Source: Rhodospirillales bacterium
GTDB lineage: Bacteria > Pseudomonadota > Alphaproteobacteria > Bin95
Assembly (NCBI GenBank): GCA_038143065.1
Contig: JAYQLI010000012.1
Location: 1-64,000, forward strand
Reading direction: 5' to 3'
Length of the DNA stretch: 64,000 bases
The number at the start of each line of letters is the position of its first letter. The stretch's first letter is position 1. A program made the translations under genes and the position numbers. Under the pieces are notes generated by a model. That model was not told the DNA's origin. It did no database searches and saw only the letters and a program-made list of their open reading frames with translations. Positions 48,592 to 60,228 of the stretch are shown here, piece by piece.

Positions 48592-48607
48592 AGTTGACTA
48601 GTCAACT
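48592..48607. promoter_or_regulatory. Putative GntR operator
   Basis: Perfect 16-bp palindrome AGTTGACTAGTCAACT about 22 bp upstream of the gntR start. Confidence 0.65.
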
Positions 48608-48979
48608 TTGAGATTATCTTTTATCGGTGTCAACAATCCATGCAATACATCATTTAGCTCCCGCATGGCGCCTGATTGCTCCGCCATCCCCCACGGGGAG
48701 CAACTTCTTAGCCGTTGACGGTGAACTGCAAGAAGTAATTTGGTCATTGTTGATATGAATGGCGGTTTTGATGAATCAACCCAATGCACCTAGAACATGG
48801 CACGCAAGGCAAACATACACGACACGCGCGAACGCATCTAAAAAAGTCAAACCTTTAGTAAGTGAAAGTAGGTTGGAAAGTTGGATAGTTTGTATCTAAG
48901 GTATTGTTTAGATTGTAGAAGTAAGCCTTTCAAAAAGAGAAAGATCTTTGGAAATGTATTGGAAAGTTGTTGGAAAGCT

Positions 48980-49192
48980 TGTTCCTTATGCCCCCTAGAA
49001 CTGTGCCAGTATATATTACAGCGGAGTAAGGAAACATGGCTGAAAGCGTTATTCTGATGAAGATGTTGAAGTTATTGCGCGAGATTGATGTTCATTTGCA
49101 CGATGGTTTGGACGTTGTGAGGCAAAAAAGTTGCAAAGCTGGGGATTTCAGATAAGAGTTATTATTTCGGCGGGCAGTTTGGAGGCCTTTTC
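48980..49192 (+). mobile_element. IS3 left-end fragment with partial orfA
   Basis: Matches 16808-17020 (GCCCCCTAGAACTGTGCCAGTATAT...GAGTAAGGAAACATGG). Confidence 0.85.
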
Positions 49193-49690
49193 GCAAAAAA
49201 TAGCAGATAAATTCGATCGCTGGTATAAACATAAAGATCTCACTGCAAATATAATCGATGAGATTTCCTTCTGCCGTTATTAACGGTACGAACATTGATC
49301 CAAGAATGTGTTTTGCACTCCATTCGGGCAAGAAATACATCTTGCCTGGCAATACAGCACGTCGACTTTGGCGGAGGGATATTGTGATTTGAATTTTTGG
49401 CAAAAGCCAAGTTATCGCAATACAGAGCCAACAAAACGCGCCTGAAGCCACTTGGAAGCTCTCCAAGACTCCAGTATAAAGCGCAGCGAAAGACTGGAGT
49501 GAGCCCAAAGTAGCCGTTGCTGCAAAGCGTCGACTGAAGGAATAAGCGGGAGGCTAAATCCTTTCCTCAAAAAGTGCAGAACATAGTGATTGGCCTGAGC
49601 CGTCAAAAGCTAAATGAGAAGCGTCTTCAGTTCGGCAGAAAACAAGGCAGCACCTCTTCAGGTGCCACCAGTCTGTTTCGGCCAATAATA

Positions 49691-51094
49691 CTACTTCAAA
49701 ATGATTTCCGGCCCCATGATGAGGTTGGGTAGAAAGGTCGAAATCCAAGGCACGTAGGTTACCAAGATCAAGAAAACAAAAAGAACGCCTAGGAATGGAA
49801 GCGCAGCCTTGACGACCGACATCATTGGCATGCCAGCAACGCCTGAAGTGACAAATAAATTTAACCCAACCGGTGGCGTGATCATACCAATTTCCATGTT
49901 AACAACCATAATGATACCGAGGTGAATCGGATCAATGCCCAGTTCTATCGCAATTGGAAAGACCAGTGGAGCGACAATCACAAGTAATCCTGAAGGCTCC
50001 ATGAACTGCCCACCAATCAGCAGGATGATGTTCACGACGATAAGGAACATAACCGGTCCGAAGCCCGCCGATAACATTGCATTAGCCACATGTTGTGGAA
50101 CTTGTTCATCCGTCAGAACATGCTTAAGAATGAGCGCGTTTGCGATTACAAATAAGAGCGTAACGGTGAGTTTGCCTGTTTCCAGCAGCGTGTGCTTTGT
50201 ATCGGATGGAAGAAAGCTGTCACCAGCGCCCAAGGCTGACGCCATAAAGAAGTGGTCCCTCTTGGACCCTCATAGGCAGCGGAAAGATCGCGCGGGCCTT
50301 TTTCGGCAAGTGGACCCATATCTTTGTAGATAAAGTTGGCAATGAAGAATGCATAGACCGCAGCAACCGCGGCCGCTGATTGGGGTGAATACCCCTCCAT
50401 AGATACCGCCAAGGATAATCACGATTAAGAAAAGGCCCCAACCGGCTTCGCGTCCTGAGGCAAAAACCTCTCTCCATCCTCGCCATTCGCCTTTGGGTAA
50501 GTTTTTCACCTTTGCAATGACATAAATCGCGGTCATAAGCATAAAGCCAGCCAAAAGCCCCGGGATGACGCCAGCGAGAAACATCCGTCCAACCGAAACT
50601 TCCACCGAAGCCGCATAGACAACCATCACGATAGAGGGTGGAATAAGAATTCCCAGCGTACCTGCATTGCAGATCACACCTGCAGCAAAATCCTTTGAAT
50701 AGCCAACTTGGATCATTCCTCCAATAACGATCGTTCCAATTGCCACGACAGTTGCTGGTGAAGAACCTGACAGGGCTGCAAACAGCATGCAGGCAAAAAC
50801 GCCGGCAATGGCCAGCCCACCGGGCAAGTGTCCGACACAGGCAATTGAAAACCGGATGATCCGCTGGGCAACGCCGCCAGTTGTCATGAACGAAGAGGCT
50901 AGAATAAAAAACGGGATCGCAAGAAGCGTATAGTGGCCCTCGAAGGCGCTGAACAGGGTTTGGGCCACTGATGCAAGTGAACTGTCAGAAAAGGCTAGCA
51001 GAAACAGCAGGGAGGACATGCCAAGTGCGACCGCGATCGGTACACCGATAACCAGCATGCCGATGACTAAGGTAAAAAGTAGAACAACTTCCAT
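49691..51094 (-). CDS. dctM: TRAP transporter large permease (frameshifted)
   Basis: LLAIPFFILA, SGSSPAT, LGILIPPS and EIGMITPPVGLNLFV motifs. Confidence 0.93.
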
Positions 51095-51761
51095 CAGGAT
51101 TTCTTTCTCAACTGCTCACGAGCATCTTGGATTTCATCTTCAACCTCATGACTGGCCACCAACCGGTCAGCCGCGCCGACCCAGAGAGCCCATGCAGCTT
51201 GCAGAAACCGGAAAAGCATCAAAGCCATTGACAATGGCAGAACGAGATATGGCAAAAGGCGTGGGATTTTCTCGTATTCTTCGCTTTCATTGAAGACAGT
51301 TTCCATCCATCCTAATATGGCGGGATGCGGGATGTCATTGACCTCGTACCATCCTTTGTCGCGGTACTTTTCTTCAAAACCGAGCGGAAACCAACGCCCC
51401 TCCGTGCCCGGCAGATTGGCGAAATTCGCCCAGTAGTCCCAAGCTCCTTTCAGCATTAGGAAAGCTGAAGGCAACGCATACAGCCACAGCAACCAACCCC
51501 CAAGACGCGGCGTGATTTCGAAGTTAGAATATTGACGACGATATCAACACCAAGATGTGAACCCTTTTTGACGGCATAAGAGGCGCCGAGGAGTACCAAC
51601 CAACCGAAGAGAAAGACAGTTAGCTCAAGAGCCCAAAGAATGTTTTTGTTGAACCCATACCGCGCCACGACGTTGGCGAATGTAATCAATGTCATTACGC
51701 CAAGAATGGCTGAGATCAACGTCTCCTCAATACGATCGGTAAACGATTTTGAGTGATTCAT
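51094..51761 (-). CDS. dctQ: TRAP transporter small permease (one frameshift)
   Basis: NVVARY...WALEL...LGASY...HLGVD motif. Confidence 0.9.
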
Positions 51762-51827
51762 AATTTAACTTTCCAAGCATGTTAGAAGGCGTCTAAAACG
51801 CCTCCGAACAGGTTGAATCAAGTGACT

Positions 51828-52820
51828 TTAATTAAGGGATTGTGCTGCGTTGATCATGTCCTGACCAACATCATCCGCGAATTGATCCCAGACTGGTTTC
51901 ATAACATCAACCCATGCCTGACGCTCTTCAGGCGTTAGAGTCCGAACTGTGCTGCCCGCCTCAATTATAGCTTGCCGGTTGGCTTGGTTTACAGCAAAGG
52001 ATTGAGCATTGCGAAGCTCAGTTACCTCGTTCAAGATCGTTAAAAACTGGTCGCGGACATCGGCTTCCAGGCTATCAAGCCAATCAACACTGGTCACAAC
52101 CAGATAGTCAATAATACCGTGGTTGGTTTCCGTGATACCGTCCTGTACTTCGAAAAACTTCTTACCATAAATGTTTGACCACGTGTTTTCTTGCCCATCA
52201 ACGACACCTTGCTGTAACCCACCATAGACTTCAGAAGGCCATTTTTTGTGGAGCTCCTCCGGAGTGCTTCCATTTGGGCCACCAAAACGTCTGACGACAT
52301 CACACGGAATTTAAGACCATTAGCGTCTGCTGGTGACATCAACGGTACATTAGCAGACATTTGTTTCATACCGTTATGCCAGAATGTCAAACCTTGAAGA
52401 CCACGCTTTTGCATACTGTCCAGCAAAGCCTGCCCAGCATCAGAGCCTTGGAATGCATCGACGGCTTCGATGTTCTCGAACATGAAAGGCAAGTCAAAGA
52501 TACGGAACTGTTTGGTGAACTTCTCAAATTTTTGACAGCGATAGGCGCTGCTAATTGAACATCATTCTGAAGCAATGCTTCAAGAACTTTATTATCGTCA
52601 TAAAGGGTTGAATTTGGGAAAACCTCCATACAGGCCTTGCCGTTCATCTCATCATTGACACGCTGCTCTAGCAACGTGGCTGCTATTCCTTTTGGATGTT
52701 TGTCAGTGTTGGTAACATGGCTAAATTTAATAACGGTTTCGCCTGTATCGCAAGCGGCAAACGCGGATGTAGCACCTAATGCAATGTCATCGATAATGCT
52801 GTGTTCAACAGAAATTTCAT
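51828..52820 (-). CDS. dctP: TRAP C4-dicarboxylate-type substrate-binding protein (frameshifted)
   Basis: FSHVT..KHPKG, VFPNSTL, FDLPF, GLKFRV.SS and DGQENTW motifs. Confidence 0.92.
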
Positions 52821-53000
52821 GATATCCTCCTTTGGTTCTTTTTACCGCGTTCCTGATTTCTTCTGGCGCGGCTTATGTTGGAAAGATTACTGGGATTGAC
52901 GCTGAAGATTAGTCGACAAAACTGTTCAGTTTTTACGATTAAATATTCAGGTTTAATCTGAAATAGTGGATAAAAATTAAACATACCCAGGGAGTTCAAA

Positions 53001-53913
53001 ATGTTTGAGGGTTTCGTGCGCGAGCGTATCGAAGGAGACGGTGCGACTTTGTTTGTTCGCCGCGCTGGACCTCAAGATGCACCTCCGCTTGTTCTTCTTC
53101 ACGGTTATCCGCAGACTTCCGCTATGTGGCACGGTGTGGGCACCAATTCTGGCACGCTCTTATCAAATCGTCTGTCCCGATTTACGCGGATATGGTCAAT
53201 CAGATAAACCAGTGTCAAATGCATCGCATCAGCCATATTCAAAACGTGCTATGGCCAATGACATTGTCGCTGTGATGCGGCGTTTGGGTCATGAACGGTT
53301 TCTGGTTGGCGCCCATGATCGGGGGCGCGGGTGGCGCATCGGATGGGTTTGGATCATCCTGATCGTGTTGCCGCCATGACTTTGCTCGACATCGCACCGA
53401 CCCGCGAAATGTATGCCAATACCAGTGTCGAATTTGCGCACGCTTATTGGCACTGGTTTTTCCTGACACAGCCAGACCCGCTGCCCGAAAAAATGATCGG
53501 AGCAGATCCCGAAACGTTCTGGAAGATGAAATGCTTTAAACAGGCAAAGCGGCGAAAATCCGTTTTCCTGCGAAGCTCTGACGGAATACCTGAGCGCCTT
53601 CGCAGAACCCCGACGCTATTCATGCAAGCTGTGAAGACTATCGTGCCGCCGCCAGATCGACATTGAACATGATGACGCAGATCAGGGTCGAAAACTCGAC
53701 ATGCCACTCTTGACGCTCTGGGCGAAAACGCGGAGTAATCGAAACATGCTTTGACGCACTTAGCACTCTGGCGGCAGCGGGCTGAAAGGGTTGAGGGCGA
53801 AGCGCTCGATACCTCTCACTATATGGCTGAAAGAAATCCCAGGTGACATAGCAGAGCGCATGTCTGATTTCTTTTTCCGCAATCCGATCCACGCAAAGGA
53901 AACTGCTCAATGA
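53001..53913 (+). CDS. Haloacetate/fluoroacetate dehalogenase-like alpha/beta hydrolase (frameshifted)
   Basis: LLHGYPQT..MW, AHDRG.RVAHRMGLDHP, DIAPT, AYWHWFF, CEDYRA and SHY.AE motifs. Confidence 0.85.
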
Positions 53914-55290
53914 CCCGCACGCTCTACGACAAACTGGTGGATAACCATAAGGTTTGCGATCTGCCCGATGGCGATATGCTGATTTATGTCGATTTTCACA
54001 TCATGAATGAATACACCAGTCCGCAGGCGTTTTCTGGTCTGGAAACAAGGGGTTAAGCGTCTGGCGTCCGGAGGCGCATCTGGCTGTGATCGATCATGTG
54101 AACGCAACCCGCAGTGTCGAAGCACATGATGCGGCAATCCAAAGCTGCTGATCGATAATTTGGAAAAAACTGCACCAAACATCAAATCGCATTTTACGGT
54201 TTGGGTGACCCGCGGCCAAGGCATTGAGCATGTTATAGTTCCAGAACAGGGCTTGGTCACGCCGGCATGCTGATAGCATGCGGCGATAGCCACACAACAA
54301 CCTATGGCGCCTACGGCGCGTTGGGGTTTGGCATCGGCACATCGAAGTGGAACATGTTCTAGCAACGCAAACGCTACGATATAAGCGTATGAAGACAATG
54401 CGCGTTATGATCGACACGAAAGCACCAGGCGTGACGGCAAAAGACATCATAATGAAGGTGGTCCAAGTCGTGGGCGCAGGTGGAGCCAATGGGTTTGCTG
54501 TTGAGTTTGCAGGTTCAGCCATTGTCGGTCTTGATATGGCCGGACGGATGACCGTCTGCAATATGGCGGTTGAGTTGGGCGCGCGTGCGGCGTTGATCGC
54601 AGCAGATGAAGTCACCGAAGCGGCGCTTACAAGGATACCCGCACAGCGGTCAATTTGCGTTTAATGGTGAAGACTGGGTCAGCGATTCCGGAGCCGTCTT
54701 TGACAAGGAGGTCACCGATTTCAGGGGCCGATATCGAGCCTTTGATCACATGGGGCACCAGTCCAGACCAATCAGTACCGATAACCGCGAATGTACCTTC
54801 TGCGTCTCGATTACGTCTCTCCCAAAGCCAAGGCGGCTTTAGCGCGGTCTTTGCAATACATGGGGCTCACAGAAGGGGCAAAGTCGGCCCAATCGATCAA
54901 AATCGACACGGCCTTTATTGGCTCGTGTACCAATAGTCGTATCGAAGATCTACGAGAGGCAGCCAAAATACTGGAAGGCCGGCAAGTCGCGGAGGCGTTG
55001 AAGCTATCGTAGTTCCTGGCTCCGCCATGACACGGATAAAGGCGGAATCCGAAGGTCTGCGCGCGATTTTGAGGACCGCAGGGTTTGATTGGCGACCAGA
55101 GGCGGGCTGTTCTTTGTGTCTAGCGATGAATGACGATATTGCTATGGAGGGGGAACGGGTAGCTTCATCGACTAACCGGAATTTTGAAGGGCGGCAGGGC
55201 CGAGGCGCACGCACCCATCTAATGTCACCCGCAATGGTCGCTGCAGCAGCCGTTTGTGGGCATCTGGCTGACATACGAGATTTTGAGTGA
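53910..55290 (+). CDS. leuC: LeuC-like aconitase-family dehydratase large subunit (frameshifted)
   Basis: [44 protein letters not shown] and [11 protein letters not shown] motifs. Confidence 0.9.
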
Positions 55291-55301
55291 AAGACAAACC
55301 A

Positions 55302-55901
55302 ATGATAAAAACTATTAAAGGAATCGCGCCCCTTGCCACTGGCGAATGTTGATACGGATGTGATCATGCCGAAACGGTTTTTGATTACAATCAGCCGCGA
55401 AGGCTTGCAGATGGTACCTTTGCCGATCTGCGCTTTGACGCAGCTGGCCAAAAGCGGCAAGAATTTATTCTAAATAAAACGCCTTGGACGCAAGCAACAA
55501 TCTTAGTTGTCGGAGATAATTTTGGATGCGGTTCAAGCCGAGAACATGCCGTCTGGGGAATGCGCCAATTGAAGATTGATGCCTGTATAGGAACAGGGTT
55601 CGCTGGGATATTTTATGATAATGCGCGTAAAAATGGTCTTGCTTTGCCGGTCGTATCTCCTGAAGTGCGAGACTTACTTTTACAATTTTCGGATAATCAA
55701 AGCGGCGCAGAGATTTCCATAAACCTTGAGCGCCGTATGATTGCCGCAGGTGAAAGTTCGGTGCCGTTCGAGATGGATGATACGCGAATAGCGCTGATCC
55801 GAGGCCGCGACGATACGCTTGACACGTTGAGCTACGCTTCTGCAATCCGCGAATTTGAGACTGGATTGGATGAAAAAATGCGGATAAGCGTTATAAAATG
55901 A
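55302..55901 (+). CDS. leuD: LeuD-like small subunit (frameshifted)
   Basis: NVDTDVIMP, NFGCGSSREHAVW and FAGIFYDNA.KNGL motifs. Confidence 0.9.
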
Positions 55902-56811
55902 ACCTGCAGAGGATATTGGATTGGACATAAGACAACTGGAGTGTTTCATCGCTGTCGCCGAAGAACTTCATTTCAGGAGCAAGCGAACGCCTAGGGCTAA
56001 GCCAATCCGCTCTCTCTGAACGGGTTTCTTCGTTGGAACACGAACTGGGCGCCCCGACTGTTTTTTAGAACTACTCTGACAAGTCAGTCTGACCCAAACT
56101 GGATCTGAATTTGCACAAGATGCAAAAAGGATCCTGACCGATATTGATAAATCGGTTTCCAATGTTCGCCACACCGCCGAGTCGGACCTTCACCACATTC
56201 GCGTAAGCGGTGTTGACGAGGCAATTTCGATGTTACTACCGCAGGTTCTACTGACATTTCGGCAGACCGATTTTAAGGTGCATGTACAGGTTCTGGAAAT
56301 ATCGTCATCCGAACAACATTCCCACGAGTTGATTGCCCATAGAACTGATGTGGCCTTCGTACGGACGCGCCTAGAAGATGACTTTATTTCCAGCGAACTT
56401 TTGCATCGTCAACCCATCGTAGTGGTCCTTGCCGAGACGATCCTCTTTCAAGATCGGTATCCCTGTCCATAGCAGACATCGCGGATCAACCAATCGTGGG
56501 TTACCCTAAGCACGCGCGACCAATCCTGCACGAGGCTTTGTGGAGTGGTTTTCGAAAAATTGGTGCCCAGCCAAATATAGTTGTGAGATTATTGACAAAT
56601 CCACCCTGTTGCAGTTTGTCGCCCCATGGGCTAGAATCGCCTTGGCACCAGCCTGGGTCAAGAATATTGCACCGCCTGGGATCTCTTTCGTCCCCTTTGA
56701 ACCTCCGAAAACCTGATCGATTTATAAGGTGGCATTTCGAAAGTCGGGTAACTCCGAGACTGTTAAAAGGTTCGTTGAAACCGTCAGAAAAAGCATTATC
56801 CAGGCGACTTA
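55898..56811 (+). CDS. LysR family regulator (frameshifted)
   Basis: DIRQLECFIAVAEELHF HTH start and DVAFVR motif. Confidence 0.85.
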
Positions 56812-57011
56812 ATTGCAAATATTTTTTGCCAATGGCTGCGTATTGCTTCGGCGCCTTTTTTGAAATTAAAACGTTATTAGGACTGGAAGTCAGCAACTTA
56901 TTAAGTAGGCGCAAAATTACGCTTTGTCCGCAAAGCAGACCTCAGGCATTGGCCTTGCGAATGTCTGATTTGGGTTAAGGTACAAATCGAAACGCTAATT
57001 ATGATTAAAAT

Positions 57012-57106
57012 CAGGACCACATTTAGACCGCTTTATAATTTCATCTTAAAAATAAGTAATTGTAATTAAATAGAAGTATATAAAGTACGACGTCCTTCTG
57101 GCACCA
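57012..57106 (+). repeat. Right end of island C: arm-like repeats plus degenerate tRNA-Leu 3' core
   Basis: About 95 bp homologous to 28561-28657, ending TGTAATTAAATAGAAGTATATAAAGTACGACGTCCTTCTGGCACCA. Confidence 0.85.
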
Positions 57107-57153
57107 ATACTTTTTCAGTATAACTTATTGAAATTCCTTCGAGTTTAACCATC

Positions 57154-58270
57154 ATGAGGGAGACCGTCGTGTCACACATTCCGTACACATTGTGCCGTTC
57201 AGGCACCTTCTATTATAACCGCCGTGTGCCTAAGCACGCAGTGAAAGCCTATGGTCCATTCATAAGGCAAGCTTTGTCTAAATGCCCTGAAGAAGCTGAA
57301 GCTTATGCAAAACGTCTGGGTAATGTATTGAGGGATCTTGGTGAATAATACGACAGACATCATCCCAATAGATGTTATTGCTGTCGTTAGTAGCTTTAAG
57401 CCAAGGCCAAGCTTGCTCTCTGATTACGTGAGTGAATACCTATCCCTTCGATCAGTCCATCATAAGCCAATCAAGGTAGCTGTAGACCCGTTCATATCTC
57501 TGGCTGGTGATAGAGATAAGTCAGTACGCACGTGAAGATAAGCTGTTTGTCCGTCTCATCTGAAATGAAAGGTAATAAGACTGCCACAATCAGAAGACGT
57601 ATCAATAGTTTGTCGCTAGTTCTCAACTATGCCTATGCAGAGCTGGACTTGATAAGCGTAATCCCTTCATGAGGCTCTTTATCAAAGGAGAGGGTGAAGA
57701 TAGCCATAAGCGAGGAACCTTTACCAATGAGCAGCTTAAATGGGGTTACGACAAGGCCTTAGCTTCAGGCAGTCAGACTGCTATACCATGCCTCTTTTAG
57801 GAGAAACAGGCTGTCATTAGCAGAGATCGTGGGGCTGAAGCTTGAAGATATCGATCTTGAGAATGACCTGATCCATATACGAGCCAATTCAGCAAGAAGA
57901 GAAGACGAGGAGCAGCCAGAGAACTCTTGCTCCTTAGTTGATGGCGCCATGCTGGCAATGGATCAAGACTATAATTTAGCTGCGGACGATACCCACCTAT
58001 TCCCAAGATATTAGAGATGGAAAGCGCCACGCATGCGTCTAATGCTTTGAACAAGTGGCTGAAGAAAGACTTTGATGGACTTACGGCACATTGCCTTAGG
58101 CATACATTCAGAGACCGTCTGAGAGCTGTGGAGTGCCCAATGGATCTGATTGATCAAATTGGTGAATGGAAATCAGTAAGTTCAATTGGGAATAGTTATG
58201 GGCTGGGGTATCGGATGGAGCTAATAAAGATAATTTTAGGTGAAATAATAGTAGATTATTTTTCAACCGC
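57154..58270 (+). CDS. Tyrosine integrase with DUF6538-like N-terminus (frameshifted)
   Basis: GTFYYNRRVP, ETG..LAEIVGL and AHCLRHTFRDRLR..IDQIG.W...Y motifs. Confidence 0.88.
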
Positions 58271-58310
58271 TCGGCTGCTTCCTCTGACGTTAAGTTAGAC
58301 CGAAAGGATG

Positions 58311-60228
58311 TTACTCAGGCATTACCGGCTTCCTATCAGAGTTTCTTTAGTCTCTGGAGAAATTCTTATCCGGGTTATACTTATTTTTCCTATTGCTCGC
58401 CTCAAAGAGGTCCATTCTTCTTTATATCAGGCTGGTAATTTCCACCATACTTTAGGTACGAATCTCTTGCCTCAGATTTCTGCTCTCTTGCATTGCAATG
58501 AAGGTTTTATCCCAAGAGCAATTGCTGTGATCCACCAAAAATATTGTTCATTTTCTGACAGATCCGTGGCTAATTTGTTCGCTTTATCATAGTTTTCAAG
58601 ATAAATTAATGCCATCGAGTAATTCAGCTTACATTAGCAGGCGGGTGTGGAGCTACTGCCAGAGCTTTTTCATAATTTTCAGAGGGATTTTTCAAACAAT
58701 CCGACTGTAAATAGGGAATTTGCAGCGGCCAATATACTGATTATCCCACGTGGATTTAAATCAGCCGCTTTTATAGCGTACTCTTTGGCAACTAACTTAA
58801 TTTCTTCATCATTGTACCTGGAAATTCTTTGTGGCTGTTTAATCATCAATCCAGCTAATAAACTGTAGCCGTCAGAAAGTTCAGGACCATATTTTACTGC
58901 TCTTTTTGCAACAGAAACCATGTCTCCTGAAATGTTCCAGTCTCTGTCAGGCTCTACACCGCTTGAGCGGTAAAATACCAAGCATACATAGATAACACTA
59001 GTGGGTTATTAGGTTCAGTTTCAAAAATTTCATCAAAGAGCAAACCAGCTTCTTTGACGCCCTCTAGAGAGAAACAGTTGCCAAAGGAATTCGCCTTCAA
59101 ATATCGTTGCCAATTTTCAGGGCTTTTAAAATATTTTCTGGTTTCTTCAAAAGACTGGTCCATCGTAAGTTTGACTTGAATTTATTCAGTATTTTTGAAG
59201 AGATATATCTTGAACCTCAAAGATATCCGTCAATTCAAAGTCATATTTTTCTGACCAAATAATCTTCTGTTTAACGATGTCTGAAAGTTCAACTGTGGTT
59301 CGTATTTTATTACCAGATATCTGATTTGATCCTCTTTAAAACATAATTCACGAGATAGTTTTCTTTAATTTCCGCATCAGAATAACCTGTTTGATGAATT
59401 CGCTTGTGTTGCTTGATTGCACCAGCAAACGGGGATAACCAGACAGAGATGAAATAATAATATCCGTCATTCCTTTGCTCAATTGATCGTCAGCACTGTC
59501 ATCAGATCTATTTTCAAATGGCATGACTAAAACCATGGCTCGATCAGGACTCCTGATATTAATTGCTTGATATCTTTTTTTAGTCCGATTTTCTTTAGTG
59601 AAGTAAAACGAAGTACCGATTACGATTGCCATCGCAATTAAACTAAAAAGCGCTAAAAGCATGCGGGGGTTATTGGACCTGTTAGTCTTTATTTTCCGTT
59701 TTTGATTAGGATTTAAGATTATGTCATATGCGTGGAACTCATTTTGCTTAACCTTTTGAATACCTAAGTCGTTAAATTCATACTTAGGTCTTACCTTGTT
59801 ACGAAATCATAGATTGCCTTAGATACTGTTATTCCACCGCTCTGTGCTAACGCTTGAGCCTTGCTGCAATGTTTACCCCATCACCTAGGAGGTTTTCTTT
59901 TTCTTTTACCACATCGCCTGAGTTGATCCCTATGCGGAACTCTAGCTTTACTGTGGTATACTCAGAATCATTCCTCAATTTAATAGCATTTTGAAACTCT
60001 ACAGCGCATTCAACTGCTGAGACTGCACTTGGAAATTCCGCCAGGTGGAACTCCACCCGAATTAAATAAACGGCCCTTATGTTTTTCAAATAATGCAGTT
60101 AGGATTTTCTCGCAGGCTCGAAGATTTTTAATCGTGCCGCTCTCATCTGCTTCCATGTGTTTGCTATATCCAACAACATCGGTAACAAAGATGACTGCTA
60201 TCTTACGTTCAATTTCTTCTTCAAACAT
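58311..60228 (-). CDS. Class III adenylate/guanylate cyclase with TM, TolB-like and TPR regions (frameshifted)
   Basis: TDVVGYS, EFRIGINSGDV...GDGVNIAARL, a TM helix, VLVMPFEN..D...L..G.TD.II..LS, and a C-terminal MPE*. Confidence 0.85.

Larger units (their letters stand above)
28658..57106. mobile_element. Island C (~28.4 kb) with intact integrase and catabolic cargo
   Basis: Direct-repeat att cores at both ends, matching arm-like repeats, and an integrase at the left end. Confidence 0.8.

Noticed and set aside
53910-55901. Housekeeping leucine biosynthesis locus
   Set aside because: It lies inside an island, has no leuB, and is coupled to a hydrolase and LysR. The symbols indicate family only.
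661-59163. Many antisense or overlapping ORFs in the track (e.g. 3307-3636, 29626-30057, 42878-43435, 46918-47550, 54915-55460)
   Set aside because: They are shadows of well-supported genes on the opposite strand or in other frames, with no motifs.
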